A stretch of DNA of 64,000 nucleotides from Chrysomallon squamiferum (Eukaryota; Animalia; Mollusca): contig CM022670.1 in NCBI GenBank assembly GCA_012295275.1, positions 34,844,001 through 34,908,000 on the forward strand, given 5' to 3'. The notes under the pieces are model-generated. The model worked only from the letters and a program-made list of their open reading frames with translations, was not told the origin of the DNA and did not search any database. Of this stretch, positions 1 through 14,499 are shown piece by piece. The translations under genes were made by a program, and so were the position numbers. The first letter of the stretch is position 1. Every line of letters begins with the position of its first letter.

Positions 1-194
1 AGAGCGGAATACACACGCTTCTTGGCACGTATTTCTCCACACAGAATAAACAAAACATAAAAGTGTAGGGTTCAAGAGAGATTTACATATAAATTCTAGT
101 GGCACGTATAACAGGTGTTCGAACATGATTTTTAAAAACAACGGATACGAGGTTAGAAACTGAGGTATACTGAAGTGTGACATGTCAGGAAGAA

Positions 195-247
<53 letters not shown>

Positions 248-411
248 GACAGACACACACGCACATGTTGTTCATGTTGAGAGTTACTCATACCATTCAT
301 TTTAATATTATCGAAATAAGAAAATAACATTAACAACAACTATTACTATAATCACAAGAGTCGACGACAATCACCACTACCACCACCACCAACAGCAACA
401 ACAATGGCACC

Positions 412-412
<1 letters not shown>

Positions 413-464
<52 letters not shown>
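413..464. repeat. (AAT)n microsatellite
   Basis: Pure AAT run. Others occur at ~8642-8690, 14156-14215, 15681-15750, 24890-24960 (TTA), 41399-41465 and 44714-44782. Confidence 0.95.
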
Positions 465-467
<3 letters not shown>

Positions 468-685
468 CGAGATAAGGAAAAAAGATCTTTATTTAAATAC
501 GTTTTCAACACACGCACACACACAAATGCACAAGAAATCCATGAAACACACAAACACTTTATATATCTCACCTATAAATTTCCTTTACTTCAAACGAAGA
601 AAATTATTAAAATTCAATCCTTCACGCGAGACATTCATGCTGCTATTATACACTGAAATCGGTCTCTGTATTTGCCAATGACCTT

Positions 686-960
686 TTAAATCGATTGACC
701 AAAACTATACAACAATACAATATTCATATCAGCTAAGAAATAATTAAAGTTAATGGGAAATTCTTGCCTTTTTCTTAATCTGCCACTCTCGATATTGATC
801 TCACTGATACAAACCGCTAACTTCATGTCAACAGAGAGGAAGGGTGATAATGTGGACCCTTGCCAGACACCCAACTGTTTTTGTTTTGCACGAATAAGTA
901 AAAATATACCTGGTTATTATGCGGATGGCTGTAAACAGCTTGACTTCAGTTTGTGTGTAT
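686..960 (-). mobile_element. Degenerate non-LTR retrotransposon (LINE) reverse-transcriptase fragment
   Basis: ORF 874-686 encodes GVWQGSTLSPFL (RT motif GVxQGxxLSPxLF), followed at plausible spacing by YFLADMNIVLL (decayed [Y/F]ADD-IVL motif). Confidence 0.6.
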
Positions 961-1180
961 AAGGTGATATTTAAGTGGAACTGGTAAAGTTATATCAGTA
1001 TTTTATTTTATTTTATTTATCAAGCGTGTGCACTATTTGAGAAAAGCGTGCACACTATTCGTTACACTCTGGGTTTTAATTTGTGTTTAATATAATTGTT
1101 AGGTTTTTTTTTATAATTTTATAACGAAAGTTATATGTTATATTATCATAAATATACCAAAGGGTTTAAATAAATAAAGT

Positions 1181-1426
1181 GAAATTAGATGTACATAAGT
1201 TAAAAAATAATATAAAGGAGCAAATATATTATAAGATAAAATAAAATGAAATGAAATAAAAAAAAGTAAATAAGAAATTTTAAGGTACAAATCATAAGAT
1301 TCTGAAATTAGATGTACATAAGTTAAAAAATAATATAAAGGAGCAAATATATTATTAGATAAAATAAAATGAAATGAAATAAAAAAAAGTAAATAAGAAA
1401 TTTTAAGGTACAAATCATAAGATTCT
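1181..1426. repeat. Direct tandem duplication, 2 x 123 bp
   Basis: 1181-1303 and 1304-1426 are near-identical (GAAATTAGATGTACATAAG...CATAAGATTCT). Confidence 0.95.
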
Positions 1427-2923
1427 ATAATAATTCCATTTCTTCTTTCTTTCTTTTTCTTTTTTCTTTCTCTCTCTTTTTTTTTTTTAACATTTTTTTT
1501 CCAGTTCGGTTTTATGTACGTAGACAGGAATTTTAATTTTTTATTATTTTTAATTTTTTTTTAATGAAGACATGTTCAGGAAAGAAATGCAATAACTCAC
1601 AGACATATATATATATTATATTATGCTTATACTATTCACAAAATAAAAACACGTCTTTATCTGATAATAACCTCTCGGCTGTATGACGGTTTTCGGTGAT
1701 AATAACGCTATGATATCTTTACAGAAAACACTTTGAATTCGTTTCACGATATTGGCGTAAGTTCAAACAGTTTTATTATGTGTGTTTCATAATCTATATA
1801 TCAAAGAGTCCTGACATAATAAAACTGTTCCTAGCTGTTTTTAACTGTTACCCTTAGTGTGAAAAGTTCAGTGACTCTATTCGTATTAATATTTTGGCTG
1901 GTATATATAAAAAAGAACTCGAATAATAAATGAAATGGGATTATTATAGAAAGTTATGATTTGATTATTGAATTTATTTACTTATATATATATATATTTG
2001 CGTGTTAGAATCATATATCTAACACGCTCTGCTTGCACGTGTACGGAACGATAACTCTACATGATTTTGCATTAGGAAGCGAGCTGAGTTATCTCCCAGT
2101 AGGTATAACTTTTTTTTTTGACAGGGACTACGACAAAAACCGTAACATTTTACTACTACCACTACTATTACTATTAGTACTACTACTACTACTACTAATA
2201 ACAATAATGATAATAATATTACTTTTATTAAGTAATCATAATTAATATTTTATTAAATAAATGAATAAGTCAATCTGTATGTGTGTGTACATATGTGGAG
2301 GGTTGTATGTTCATTTAGTTCAGTAATACAAACAACACCATTATTGCTTAAATTCACTTCATTGTTATTAAAGACATCCAGCTTACGGTGTTACGTGAAT
2401 AAATAAAAACAGTGTAGTCTGTGTACTTTCGTTACACTTGTTGTTGTTGTTGTTGTTGTTAAATCAACCAGCGTACAAAGAAGCAATGGGGCACATTAAA
2501 AACTTGCATAAAGTAAAATCAGATCTGTCATCATCATTTCGTGATCAAAGCTTACGAGACAGATATTCTTTAATTATATATATATTACAGACATAAAATA
2601 ACAAACCAAGACCTTTGATTAAGTAGGTATGGTGATAATGAGCAAAAAAAAAAAAAAAAAACCCAAAAAAAAAACAACAACAAAAAACCAAACAGTATTA
2701 ATAATAAAAACAAATACAAAATGAACAAACTCGATGACAAAGATCGATCCCCGTAAAGCTATTATGCTTGGAATGGAAGTCTACTAACTTTACACACTTT
2801 AAAAAATATAAAATAAAAATAATAATCTTTTTCTTTTTAATATTATTATTTTTTTTTTTCAACGCTAGCTGAAATTAAAACATAAAATTACAAATGAAAG
2901 AATCAAAAGGTAGTAACACTTAC

Positions 2924-3006
2924 CTTTAATACTGTTTTTAAGCTTTCTGAATTCTTTAAAAGCTGACATGGTTATGAAACCTGGTTGTAATATTCAAGGA
3001 ATTCTT
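2924..3006 (-). CDS. Start-codon-containing exon of an unidentified minus-strand gene that continues beyond the left edge (MSAFKEFRKLKNSIK...)
   Basis: Poly-T/cag acceptor at 3008-3007 and donor AAG|gtaagt at 2923. All three frames are closed across the exon except from accATG at 2969 (15 codons + 1 nt, phase 1). Confidence 0.6.
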
Positions 3007-3579
3007 CTGAAAAAAAAAAAAAAAAAAAGTTCATATAGATTAACGTTAAGTAAAATAAAAAATATATATATATAAAAAAGAAAAGAAAGATGGTTGAAAA
3101 AGATTAATGTTGAGTAAGTAAACGGTGCATTGAAAAAAAAAAACTGATTTTAGAAAACATAATGAAATGTTGTCAGTGACATGGCTATGATATCGAAACT
3201 ATTTTCTAAAAAGATAAAAATAACTTAATTTAAAAAAAAAACACAAAAAACAAAACAAAGAAGAAGTAGTTATCAGAACCGTATATCTTACATAAACCAA
3301 TAATTCACCCTTCCAAATGTTCCGTGTGATTATAGGTATTGAACGTATTCATGAGATGATACTGATAGTTAAAGAGTGTTTGTTTACCGTTTTGAATAAA
3401 ACATTAGATTTACTTAGTAAAACGATTCGACTTTATTTTATCGATTTTTTATATGTGTTTTTGTATTAATGTATGCATATATGTATGTATGTATGTATGT
3501 ACGTGTATAATCCGTGAATGTATTTTTGTGTGTGTGTGTGTGTGTATATGTGCACACGTACGTACTAATGCATGCATAT

Positions 3580-3692
3580 ATGTTTGTATATAAGCACATA
3601 TGCATGTATGTATGTATATAAGCACATATGCATGTATGTATGTATATAAGCACATATGCATGTATGTATGTATATAAGCACATATGTATGTA
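3580..3692. repeat. 28-bp minisatellite, ~4 copies
   Basis: Repeated unit TATAAGCACATATGCATGTATGTATGTA. Confidence 0.85.
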
Positions 3693-4399
3693 TCTATATA
3701 TGTACATTCCAATTTAGGCACGTCATAAATTTTTCAGTACTCAATAAATTTTGAACACAAAGTCTGGCAGATGATTTATATTTTAAATGGTAATTTGAGT
3801 GAAGATCCTGTCTTTTTAGTGAATATTCTGCTCGTTCAGAGTATAATGCTTTCGCATAGCTTTGAAAACACATAAGCTGACCTTTGCCACATCAGTCAAA
3901 GTAGAATATTTACGACAAAGATGTCAAGTGAAATCGAATAAGCATTAGTTTAGCGATATCTTTGAACATTCTTTTATATGCAGTTATTAAATAACAAAGC
4001 ATTTGAAGAAAACGATAAGATAATGAAAAAATGAATAAAAAAAATAAATAAAAAATAAACATATAAATAAATAAATAAATAAATAAATAATATAGATGAA
4101 AAAAAAAAAAAAAAAAAAATATGAAGATCAGTAAATTTAGAAAGTAAATTAAAACGAAGAAAAATATGGAGAAAGTATAATTTTTAAAATTTAAAACAGT
4201 TCAATTTTGTTTTAATTGCGTACACAACTTGTTTCTTTTCTTTGTCGAATTAAACAGTTTTGAATTTAATGATTATATAGTTTTATATCTATCTATCTGA
4301 CTATATTAAATAGAAATTAAGATAATTTATTCATGTTATCTCTATTAAAGCACAAACATAATCGAAGCAGCTATATGTTGCGTAGAACTAAATCTAAAT

Positions 4400-4401
<2 letters not shown>

Positions 4402-4490
<89 letters not shown>
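4402..4490. repeat. (CT)n microsatellite
   Basis: Pure TC dinucleotide run. Similar runs occur at 15219-15315 (CT then CA), 29120-29285 (GT then CT), 49109-49161 and 56720-56797 (GA). Confidence 0.95.
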
Positions 4491-4494
<4 letters not shown>

Positions 4495-4550
4495 ATCTCA
4501 TAGCTAAGAAATGAATGAATTTATCTCACAAGGTCGAAAGAGTAACTTAC

Positions 4551-4650
4551 CTCGTATTTTTTTCTCTGACACACTGTTTTTCAACCGAGCTGGCAGTCAA
4601 AAAGAACTCGTAATGTCTCTCTTTCTCTGCTCATTGGAATGTTTAACGGT
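4551..4650 (-). other. Candidate 5' UTR exon (strong donor) of the left-edge minus-strand gene
   Basis: CGAG|gtaagtt consensus donor at 4550 in unique sequence. The 5' boundary is approximate. Confidence 0.35.
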
Positions 4651-5219
4651 TTCGTGCTGTTCAGTTATTTGTACGAGGAGTTCATTATCAATAAATAGAA
4701 GAGACGATCTAAACTGTTCAATCACACGTACCCTTACAACTGTTCACATTTCCGTGGTCTTCTGTTATTCACTGTCACGCTTTCGGTTATGAAATGAAAA
4801 AAGATAATATACACTGAATTACTGGAGTATAATTTTTCAGTACACCTTTTTTTTTTTTTTCTTTTTTTTTTAAACGATTTTTTTTTTTTTTTATTTAATC
4901 TTATGCATTGTCCTAAGTTATGGGCCGTGAAGAAGGGAAACAGTTTGAAGCAAACAAGTTGAGATTCGTCAGTCGATGATTGGCATGTTTTGTCTATCAC
5001 TTTTCCACCCCAGCGGATAAAACTGCTGGATAGATACAAACAATAACAACAACAAGGTTTGTATGAGACCGAATTGCTGACATTTTACACACTGATAAGA
5101 GTTGTGAAGTAGCGACAAACACGTTATAAAAAAAATATAAATTATATTAAGGTGAGTTTGTTGCTAAGCATTCATTCATCTTTTCTTTTTTTTTTTTTGT
5201 TCATTTATTCGTGAAGAAG

Positions 5220-5250
<31 letters not shown>

Positions 5251-5918
5251 ATCTAATTCTTTTGCAAATTTGTCAGTAGAAATATACATCTATAAATATC
5301 TGGAGAAATTTTTATATACACATTCATTCACACATTATATAAACATACATACACAGATGAATGCATGCATGCATGAATACACGAATACATACATTACATC
5401 CATCAATACATCCATCCATACATGCATAAATGCATTCATTCAAACATACATACGGGTAAACACACACACACACACACATATATACAAACGCATATTTGTG
5501 TAAAGAGATATTGTGATAATTTACAGTCAGTGAGGTAAATTTGCTTTTATTAGTTGGTTTTTTTTTTTTTTAGCTTTTTTTATCCATGAATAAATAAAAT
5601 AAAACAAATAAAATTTGGAGTCTGATGTTGTCATATTATGTAGAACTTACTCTTTCTGTCCGTCGCCTTATTAAAATGAATGAATAAACGAATAGGTCTT
5701 ATTTAGAATTAGAAAGCTTGTAATGTAAAACAGAGTGAACCTGACTAGGTTTGAACAAGGTGGGGTGTTAAAATAATATATGTTTTAGCTGAACCAGGTC
5801 ATATCCCTACTTCACATGGGTGCTGCGTTTTGAAATACACAAAGAAATATTATTGCCAGTCTACTTATACAGTTATTAATTGAAATAAAATAATAACAAT
5901 AATATATATATATATATA

Positions 5919-5968
<50 letters not shown>

Positions 5969-7037
5969 ACTCAGTTGTTATTTTCATTTTTGAAGTGGTC
6001 GGGCAAAAAGCATAGACTAAATAACTAGCGTTTTAGTTACCATTCAAATAAAAGTTTAGACTTTTCGAGGTCAGAAAAAAAATAAAAATAAAAATAAATA
6101 AATAAAATAAAATAAAATAAAAATAAAAATACAAGTAAAAAATACAAAACATGCTAGGCTGTTGTCTAAAATATCCACGCTTCTCAGAAAGGAGGAAATT
6201 AAGATGTTGGTGGAACACATGTCTTTCAAGACTGGTGTTGGAGGTTCATAAATGTGGATGTACGATTGATGGATTATTATTATTATTATTATTATTATTA
6301 TTTTTTATTATTTTAAAAAAGTAGTCATGTTGCTTCATTTCCAGTTACGTAAATTGTTCTATTTACATCAGACATGTTTGGTGAAAAAAGTCATTTATAT
6401 TTTATATTAACTGCGCATTGGCAACAGATTTTCATTAAATTAACATCAGAGCACTTCATAATTTTCTCTATTAAAACTATTCTAAGTCTCCCTATCTAGT
6501 CTTTTTAATAACGAACCTGGGACAAGAACATGAAGTCCAAGCTGGATACTTGATAGTTATGTGCAAATAAATAAATTATAATTTTTGACTTTGTGTGAAC
6601 AAATCTCCACATCCGATAAATTCTAAATTTACGTATAAAAAAGGTAATTTTAAAAACACTATCCAGCTGTTAAATAGAATCAAACAGTTTATTTTATGCA
6701 TAAACGATATAATAATGCCAGTGAAAAAAAAAAAAAAAATATATTACACTGATTGTATTTTACGTAGAAAGCTAATACACTGTGAATGAAAAAAAATTGC
6801 TGAATCTTGTTCGACATCAAAGAAGGAAACAAACAAACAATAAATAAATAAAATAAAAATGGAAGAGGTGGGGAGGGAAATAACGTCTGACTACATTCAC
6901 TGGTACTCGTTTGATAAACCAGAGCCTGGTACCAGTGTATCGCACCGTAACTGTCAGGTCAGGTTTTTCACAAATCAGTCGCGCCAAACTGTCACATACT
7001 TAGACACGACATTCGTGTGAGAAATGCGGAACATTAC

Positions 7038-7143
7038 CCAGAAACCGATATGTGTTTTGTGCAGCGTGTAATTCAGGCCGATACGACAGTGCCATTTCTG
7101 TAAACGCGAGTTTGGCACGTTCATCTTCGGTTGCTGTACGACA
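7038..7143 (-). other. Candidate alternative exon of the left-edge minus-strand gene (MALSYRPELHAAQNTYRFL, phase 1)
   Basis: ttattttcag acceptor at 7145-7144, donor G|gtaatg at 7037, gaaATGG at 7095; GC/CpG-richer than its flanks. Confidence 0.35.
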
Positions 7144-8392
7144 CTGAAAATAACACTGGGGTATGGGTTAAGTAAATTACCTTGAAAATTCTCAACAACG
7201 TCAAAATAAAATAAAAAGACAACAACACAATGCAATACAAAACAACGCAACGAAACGCAACGCAGTAAAATACAATACAAAACAACACAACGCAACACCG
7301 TACAATACAATACAATTAAACGCAGTAAAGAAAAAAGAAAGAAAATATTAAATTATCCAAAGTATGTGTTACAACAAATAATAATAATCAAAAATATTAA
7401 AATAAAGCAATAAATAAAACTTGGCAATAGAATACAAATTAATAAAATCAGCAATTCTATAAATCACAGCATAAATTACAATAAGTGTTGTTACTTAAAT
7501 ATGAATATGTCATACTAGTGATCAGTTGATTTTATTATACATAAATTATATCCACTAATCAAGTTAAAAAAACGTTACTAATTTTATCCGTGTGATTAAG
7601 ATAATACTATACACGTGGTTTTATTCAGCAATAATATAATAATCAAAAAATAATAATAATAATAATAATTGAGGTATTCTTACCTGAATGTAAAATAAAT
7701 AAAAACGGATATTCCTCTATTAATACTTATCTAAGTGTCCCTGTCTAATCTATAACGGATTTTAAAAAATGTTGTTTTAAAACGTTATAGCGTACGGGCC
7801 AGGTACATATTTGTGTTTCGGATATAGACACACTAGGTGGTGAATGAACAAATACAATTAAATCCATTTGTCAAACCAGTTCTTTTGATTCGCTTGGCCA
7901 AATTTTTAAGAATTATAATATTTACCGTGTTCCGTTTTCACATATTAGAAGCACAACATTAGCAAAGCAAATTGCATTTTGTACGAACCACTAGTAATAG
8001 TTCTTAAAATAAACTGCTCGTTTTTTTTTTTTTTTCTTTCTAAATCCATTTGCTTAATCATAAATTATATTACACTTCGATTCAGAAAGACAATTTGACC
8101 TAGTTTTTTGTTTTGTTTTTTAATCTCTATTGCTTTGTTACTTTCTTATTTTATTGCGGTCTTTTTCTTTTTTTTCTTTTTTTTTTTTTTTAATCCCAAA
8201 ATAATTTTGTTCTTTTCTAGTATTATGACTTAATTTATGCCCATCACATGGCAACGCCCTTCTTTTGAAATTTTCGGTCCACACTCGAATATACATACAT
8301 TTGGAATATTTGTTTATCATAATAATAATTATTATTATTATTCATTTTGTTATTATAGTATTATTAATGTTAATTTAGTATTACTGTTGTTA

Positions 8393-8429
<37 letters not shown>

Positions 8430-8641
8430 ATCTTTATACATCTCCTGCTATTATTCTTACTATCACTAGTAGTAATGACTTCAAATACCTATCCTCTGAA
8501 TTACATGTATTTAACTGAAACGTAAAAACGAATTTTAATGTTAAAACAGGTCTTTGAAGCTATAGACTATAGAAGCTAAAAAAAACAATAAAAGCATGTA
8601 GTAAATAAAAAATATAAATAAATAATTTTAAAAAATAACTA

Positions 8642-8689
<48 letters not shown>

Positions 8690-8690
8690 G

Positions 8691-8721
<31 letters not shown>

Positions 8722-8922
8722 AATTAAATATTGAAACCTGATCTAAACCAAAAGAGATTGAAAGATAAACTGATAATAAGAGTGTAAGTCTTTAAAAAAA
8801 AATAAAAAGAATAAAAAATAAAAAATTAAAAAAAATTAAAATAAAAACGTTTTTGGAAACTAACACTTATTGCAGTCTAATTTCTTGTTAAACTTAGCGT
8901 CTCTTATTTATGGTCGGTTCAC

Positions 8923-9050
8923 CTGTACAGCTCGTGCATCACGCCTGTACTCGAGAATCTGTGCTGCCGATCTTCGGCGAGACCAGACGACGCCATATTA
9001 ATTACACGTACACGAGCCCGCTAACAAGTCCGCTATTACCTAACCATTAA
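8923..9050 (-). promoter_or_regulatory. CpG-rich candidate first exon/promoter (aatATGGCG... CAG|gtgaac)
   Basis: Local CpG cluster; ATG at 8996 opens MASSGLAEDRQHRFSSTGVMHELY up to a possible donor at 8922 (phase 2), or to a stop immediately after. Confidence 0.3.
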
Positions 9051-9511
9051 ACTGTTTTTATCATCAGACCGTACACCTAGCATCTAGTTTGTTTTCATAA
9101 AACACCGTTTGAAGTTAAATGTATATGCATGTACATCTGTATATCCATTTGTATCTATATATTTGGATCATTTACGCCGACAGTTAAATTAAATCTGTTT
9201 TTGAAGCGCAGTTGCATTCAGAAGACCACACAACGAACATATATTGTCTTCTGCCTACGAACTTTAGTGGAAATCTTTGGCAAATCTGTTGTGAACTGTT
9301 AATCTGGCCGTTGATATTTGAATACGAGACCTGGAGAAAACTGAAGAAAATACCAGTTTGCAATGTTTCGTCTTATTAATTTTTAAAGATGGTAGTGAAT
9401 TAGTTTATTCAACTGTCGAAATGGTATCAATTCTTATTCTTATTTTATGTTTCAGTTTCTCTTAAAAAGAAAGATTTTATTTATTTATTAAAATTTTAAA
9501 AAAAAAAGGTT

Positions 9512-9542
<31 letters not shown>

Positions 9543-10517
9543 ATGTTCTTTTAAAGAAAAAAAAACAACATGACAAAATAGTGTTAACTTTTAAAAATCA
9601 TTTTCATATTGAAAACGTAATGAAGGAAATACGTCCACCTTCTGAAATGTCTGTCCCGTTTAAGAAAAACCACGATTCTTGGAAATGAAGATACAAGTTT
9701 GCTATTAATTAGTGGCCCTGGACAACACTGTCTAGGTAATCAGTTACCTTCTTCAGTTTGATTGTTCCACGACAGATCAGCCAAATTTTTTATAATAAAT
9801 TAATATTGCGAAAAGAATACATGAAATAATCAAGTCCTAATTCAGCCTGTGATATTACAAAGATACCAGTTACAGAAAAGTAGTTACTCACTCTTGAACT
9901 TCAGCATTGTACATTTTTAATGGAACGAGGCATGTCACTTTTGCAGCTCCAAAGCTTGACCTTCGCGCTAGACCTACCCGTACTAATGGGGAATTGTGGC
10001 TTATCTTTCATGTTATTATTCAGTATACAAGCACAAATCAGACAATTATCACATTATTGTGGTTTCAAGTTTTTTGTTACATGCGTGCATTTCCTATACA
10101 GATAAACAGATTGTACGTCTTTTAACTCAGATTTTTCATTTTTTAGACAAATTCGTTCACCGATTTCCAAATTGTTTCTCGTCAGATAATCCACTGCTTT
10201 GTTCGTTTCTTCATTATTACTCATTTAAAAATAAAGTATGTTTTTCTAGTGTTTACATGTGCAATGGTGTAAATTTTTAGTATATTTGTTTATTTAAAAC
10301 TGATTAGAATTTTTATAAATTCCACTTTGAAAATAACTAGATGTTGATGTCACTGTATTTTACTACCACACCCACACTAACTACATTGGGAGCAGAAATT
10401 AAAAAAAATACAAAAATCTTCCAAAAGAACTGTTTGTAAAGCAATGTTTAATACATGCACTTTAAATGAATAATAAAACAAATGTCTTTTGTGTTTTTTA
10501 TTTGTTTTTTGTCACAT

Positions 10518-11940
10518 TCAGTTTGCATCCACATTAAGGGTTTGCTTTCCTGAAAGAAAAAGAGAAAGTTTGTTAAAATATTTAAACCATGTATATGCAT
10601 TTTAAAACCACCTCAAATTTGGATCTACTTATGTATTTAAATATTAGCCGAGTTATCGAAACTGTGAAACCTTTTCAAGTCTCTAAACAATGTCGAAATC
10701 TGTCAGGTTTCTAGAATACAACTTTGTAATCTCTATGCACCTTTTGTGGCACAATTTTACCCAGTCAAATACATTTCAATGTTCACATACTCTATATGTA
10801 CAATCTTTTTATAAAATAATTCTGTAACAGTGGTGGGGAAGTTACTGCCAAAAATGACAATAGCATTATGTTTTTCTCAATTTAACTTGATAAATCTTTA
10901 ATTAGGCAAAATTTATTGCACAAATATAATTGTTACCTGTATATTATAGTATTATTAAAATAATATATTATTTAGCTGTTTTACAAACTATTTTGTCTGT
11001 TCATTTGAACTTGTTAAATAAAACATACCTTTAAAGTCAGGACAGACAACATAGGTCACATGAGTGTATAATCTATGAATAGAATCTTCATCTTCGTTAC
11101 GTTTTCTGGCCAAACGAACTCGTACTCTGTATGGTACATTCCTTAAACAGAGGAATTTTAAAAATCAACGAAAAAGAATAAAACACCACCAAAATTACTG
11201 TCATGAACTTTTTAATTAACACTAGCTTTAAGCATCCTAACCAAATTAAAATTCTTCTGTATCAAATAGCTAGCAAAATGTATTTAAAAAAAAAAGAATC
11301 AAAAACTAATTTAAAAAAGCACAGACCAAATTATGCCAGAAAAATTAGCATCCATAGGTCGTCTTTAAACTCAAGGGTTTTTGAAAATTTATGGAAACTT
11401 AATTTTTAATTAAAAAAATAATAAATAAATTATAAATATAACAAAATGTTTAATAAATGTGGCTTTTCAACATATCATAAAAATATGTTATTTTTAATTC
11501 ACTTTTATAAATATTAGTACTATTCCAACTGTAAAATGAAAGTTATGATGAGTTTTACCTTATTCCTTGGGACCAAATGTGTTTGTTGAGCTGCGTGTCA
11601 ATCCTAACATCAGGTGTGCCCATCATCTTCTCAGCAAACTTTCTGATCTCCTTCACAGCTCTTGGTGCCCTCTTCTTGAAGCCACTTTAAAAATAAAATA
11701 ATAATATTATAAACTTCTTTTTACTGAGACATTCATAGAAAGTAGCATAACAAAATTCAAATTAATTATTAAAAAAATAAGTAAGATAAAAACACAGAAT
11801 TTTTTTTTTTGTTGGAAATGTGAAACTAGTCAGTATACATACATGCCATGTATTCTCTTGTGAATGTGGATTGTACATTCCTTCGTAATGACTTCATTTG
11901 TGACAGTCTTCTTCTTCTCTCTCTTGCGTGATGGGGCCAT
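10518..11940 (-). CDS. RPL31: 60S ribosomal protein L31 (eL31), 122 aa, 4 coding exons
   Basis: Coding exons 11940-11843, 11684-11559, 11141-11029 and 10549-10518 have GT-AG boundaries and consistent phases. They splice to [122 protein letters not shown], with eL31 signatures ([26 protein letters not shown]). AATAAA lies at 10502-10497. Confidence 0.98.
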
Positions 11941-13651
11941 CTTTAAAAATAACAATATAGTTTTAATTTTACATCAATACAGTTAATTTTGGCAGTTCAA
12001 ATATTGCGGAATGAAGCCACCATCACTGTAGCCTGCAATAATAAAGTGAGCCACATTATAAACATAACTTAAGAATAAGCTCTGTTCTATACCCATTATT
12101 GATATATTTTTCCTAAGTATTAAATTGCAAAAAGAATAGTCAAAAATATATATATTTTTAAATTATGATTAACATATTGCAGCTGAAGCACATGGACCAC
12201 CTTGCTGCTTTGTCCAATCTACCTAAAGGCTTTAAAATCATCAGTAGCCGATTCAGTAACCACAGTCATAATTTATTATCTAATACTAAAAATTATATAA
12301 AATTCAATAGTTATTTAAATTATTTCTGATCAGTTTTAATGATTTTAGTTATAGGATTATCACTGTGTAGTGTTTATTTTTAATCTGAGAAGAAATATGC
12401 ATACTGCTTTCATTGAAGGAGGCTCCCTATTCAAGGTTTTGTTTAATCATTATTTTACATTTCGAAAAACAATAAATATCTTAAACCATATACAAGTTAC
12501 AAATAATGCATTCCTCTCAGCTTGCCAAAATATTTGGTGTACCAGAATGGGGGGATGATGTCATATGGGGTGTTGACACAGCCACAGTGATTGCTTTTGC
12601 TGCCCATGTCTAAAAAGTTTAATGTTTCATTATTTCTTAGCAAGTCAAATGTTTATGAATTTTTTTTTAATATCAATATAATGAAATTGTAAGGCACATT
12701 AGTGCTAGTTAATATTATTTTTAAAAATCTTTTTATATACTAGTTTAATTCTTATGGAGTTTATGAGAATTACATAATTAAGGTGTAAGGTACATTTGAA
12801 CTAATTACTGCAGTTATTTAATTAAAATTCATTAATGTTAGCAACATGCTTTTAAACTCATCTAAAGCTTCATCTTGATAAATAATACATATATTGGTTT
12901 TTAACTATATCAGTATATTCAGTGTTTATGTTGACATATGAAGAAAAGTTTCTCCACAGATTCTGAAGGAAAAATGCTGGCAACGTTTATACAAATAAAA
13001 ATGTATCAGTATTAAGATATCTTAGTGTCATTTTATTATGCCTTTTCTGATATACATGATTATACAGAAAGATTATAGTTCAGAAAATTCTGTCACATTT
13101 GCTCTCTAATATTACACTTACAGATAATGTAAACTGTACAAAATTAAATTGCTGGCAGGTTTTAATGAAATGTAGTTGTTGTATTATCATTATGTGGTGC
13201 TTATTTTGAATTTAAGAACGAAGGATTGGACCTGACAACATACAATATCATGAATATGACTGAGTGAGCGAGTTTCAGATACTAGAGATAGCTGTTTTCA
13301 TTCGATTATGTTTGATATTACGTTGTCGTAAGCAAATTGATTTGTACTACAGAATAAACAACATTAAAGCTGCCAGAGAAGCTGCACATCTAACATTAAG
13401 TTTATTTCGATTACATATCTGTTTACCGTTAAAATAATAACTGTGAATAAATTCGTAACTATTAAAACTTAACATCAACTACCGAACAATTATTTGAACA
13501 ATCAGTGGATGATCACGAATTTTTATCAAAAATGCTGGGGCATATAAAATAACAGGGACAGTAATGCATTTAATATTATCATTCTGAAAGCCAGATGTTA
13601 ATATTTTCTTGAAGATTTAACATTGATTTTCAAAGGCTGTAAAATCATCAC

Positions 13652-13686
13652 CTTGCACCGCACAAGAATAAAACCGGAAAAGGAAG
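13652..13686 (-). promoter_or_regulatory. RPL31: RPL31 non-coding first exon with 5' TOP/TCT pyrimidine-tract start
   Basis: The minus strand reads CTTCCTTTTCCGG...GGTGCAAG|gtgatg: an oligopyrimidine start typical of ribosomal protein genes, followed by a donor. The next exon begins ag|ATG at 11940. The region is CpG-retaining. Confidence 0.75.
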
Positions 13687-14155
13687 TTTATGCAGCATTA
13701 TGGGTAAAATGTTATCTATTCAACGCGGACACTGAACATTAACTAACGAAATACGGACGAAAAAGTCGGAATAACAACAACAATAATAATCAATAGAAAC
13801 ATAGACAAATGTATCCAGAATAATATTTTACATATAATATATTATATAACATATTCTATAATCTTCATAAAAACAGTATATTTAGCATTTTAATTGAAAA
13901 CACGCTGATTAAATGTCAAACGAAGGAAAAAGGGTAAACAGACTTAGAAGAAAAAATATTTTTCTTATTCTTTATATGTGATCATTTTAAAATACCCCTC
14001 TTCAGCATCAGCAATCCGATTTTGAATAACCACAACAAAAAATATAATACTGCTACTACTACTACTACTACTTAGAACTATTTTATTACTGCTACTCCTA
14101 TACTACAAAAGAAAAAAGAATACTTATAAAATCAACATCAAAACAGCTACACCCC

Positions 14156-14216
<61 letters not shown>

Positions 14217-14499
14217 TATCCCATCACATAAAACATATAATAATTACATTAAATAAAAAATAAAAAATAAAAATAAGAAAAAAGACGCTTACGCCACTAT
14301 ACATGTTTAAAGTTTAGTCTTATTTTCAAAACGTGTAATTATATTATTATAATCGAATACACACACACATGTGCATACATACATATATAATACATATGTA
14401 CAAACGTACATTTATTCAAATAACAAGTACGATTTGAAAATGACATTTAAAATTTAACATAACAATACAACATCAATATAGGAAATAACAGGGTGATTC

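Noticed and set aside
572-653. Candidate next exon of the left-edge minus-strand gene (donor AG|gtgaga at 571)
   Set aside because: Weak acceptor, and a stop codon in the phase-1 continuation frame.
6898-6937. Hairpin CACTGGTAC...GTACCAGTG
   Set aside because: A single 9-bp stem with no other RNA-gene or transposon hallmark; compatible with chance.
11941-13651. Possible intronic snoRNAs in RPL31 intron 1 (hairpins near 12003-12040 and 12180-12230)
   Set aside because: Ribosomal protein genes often host snoRNAs, but I could not find a correctly arranged C/D pair with a terminal stem or a hairpin-H-hairpin-ACA layout. An Infernal/snoscan search is needed.
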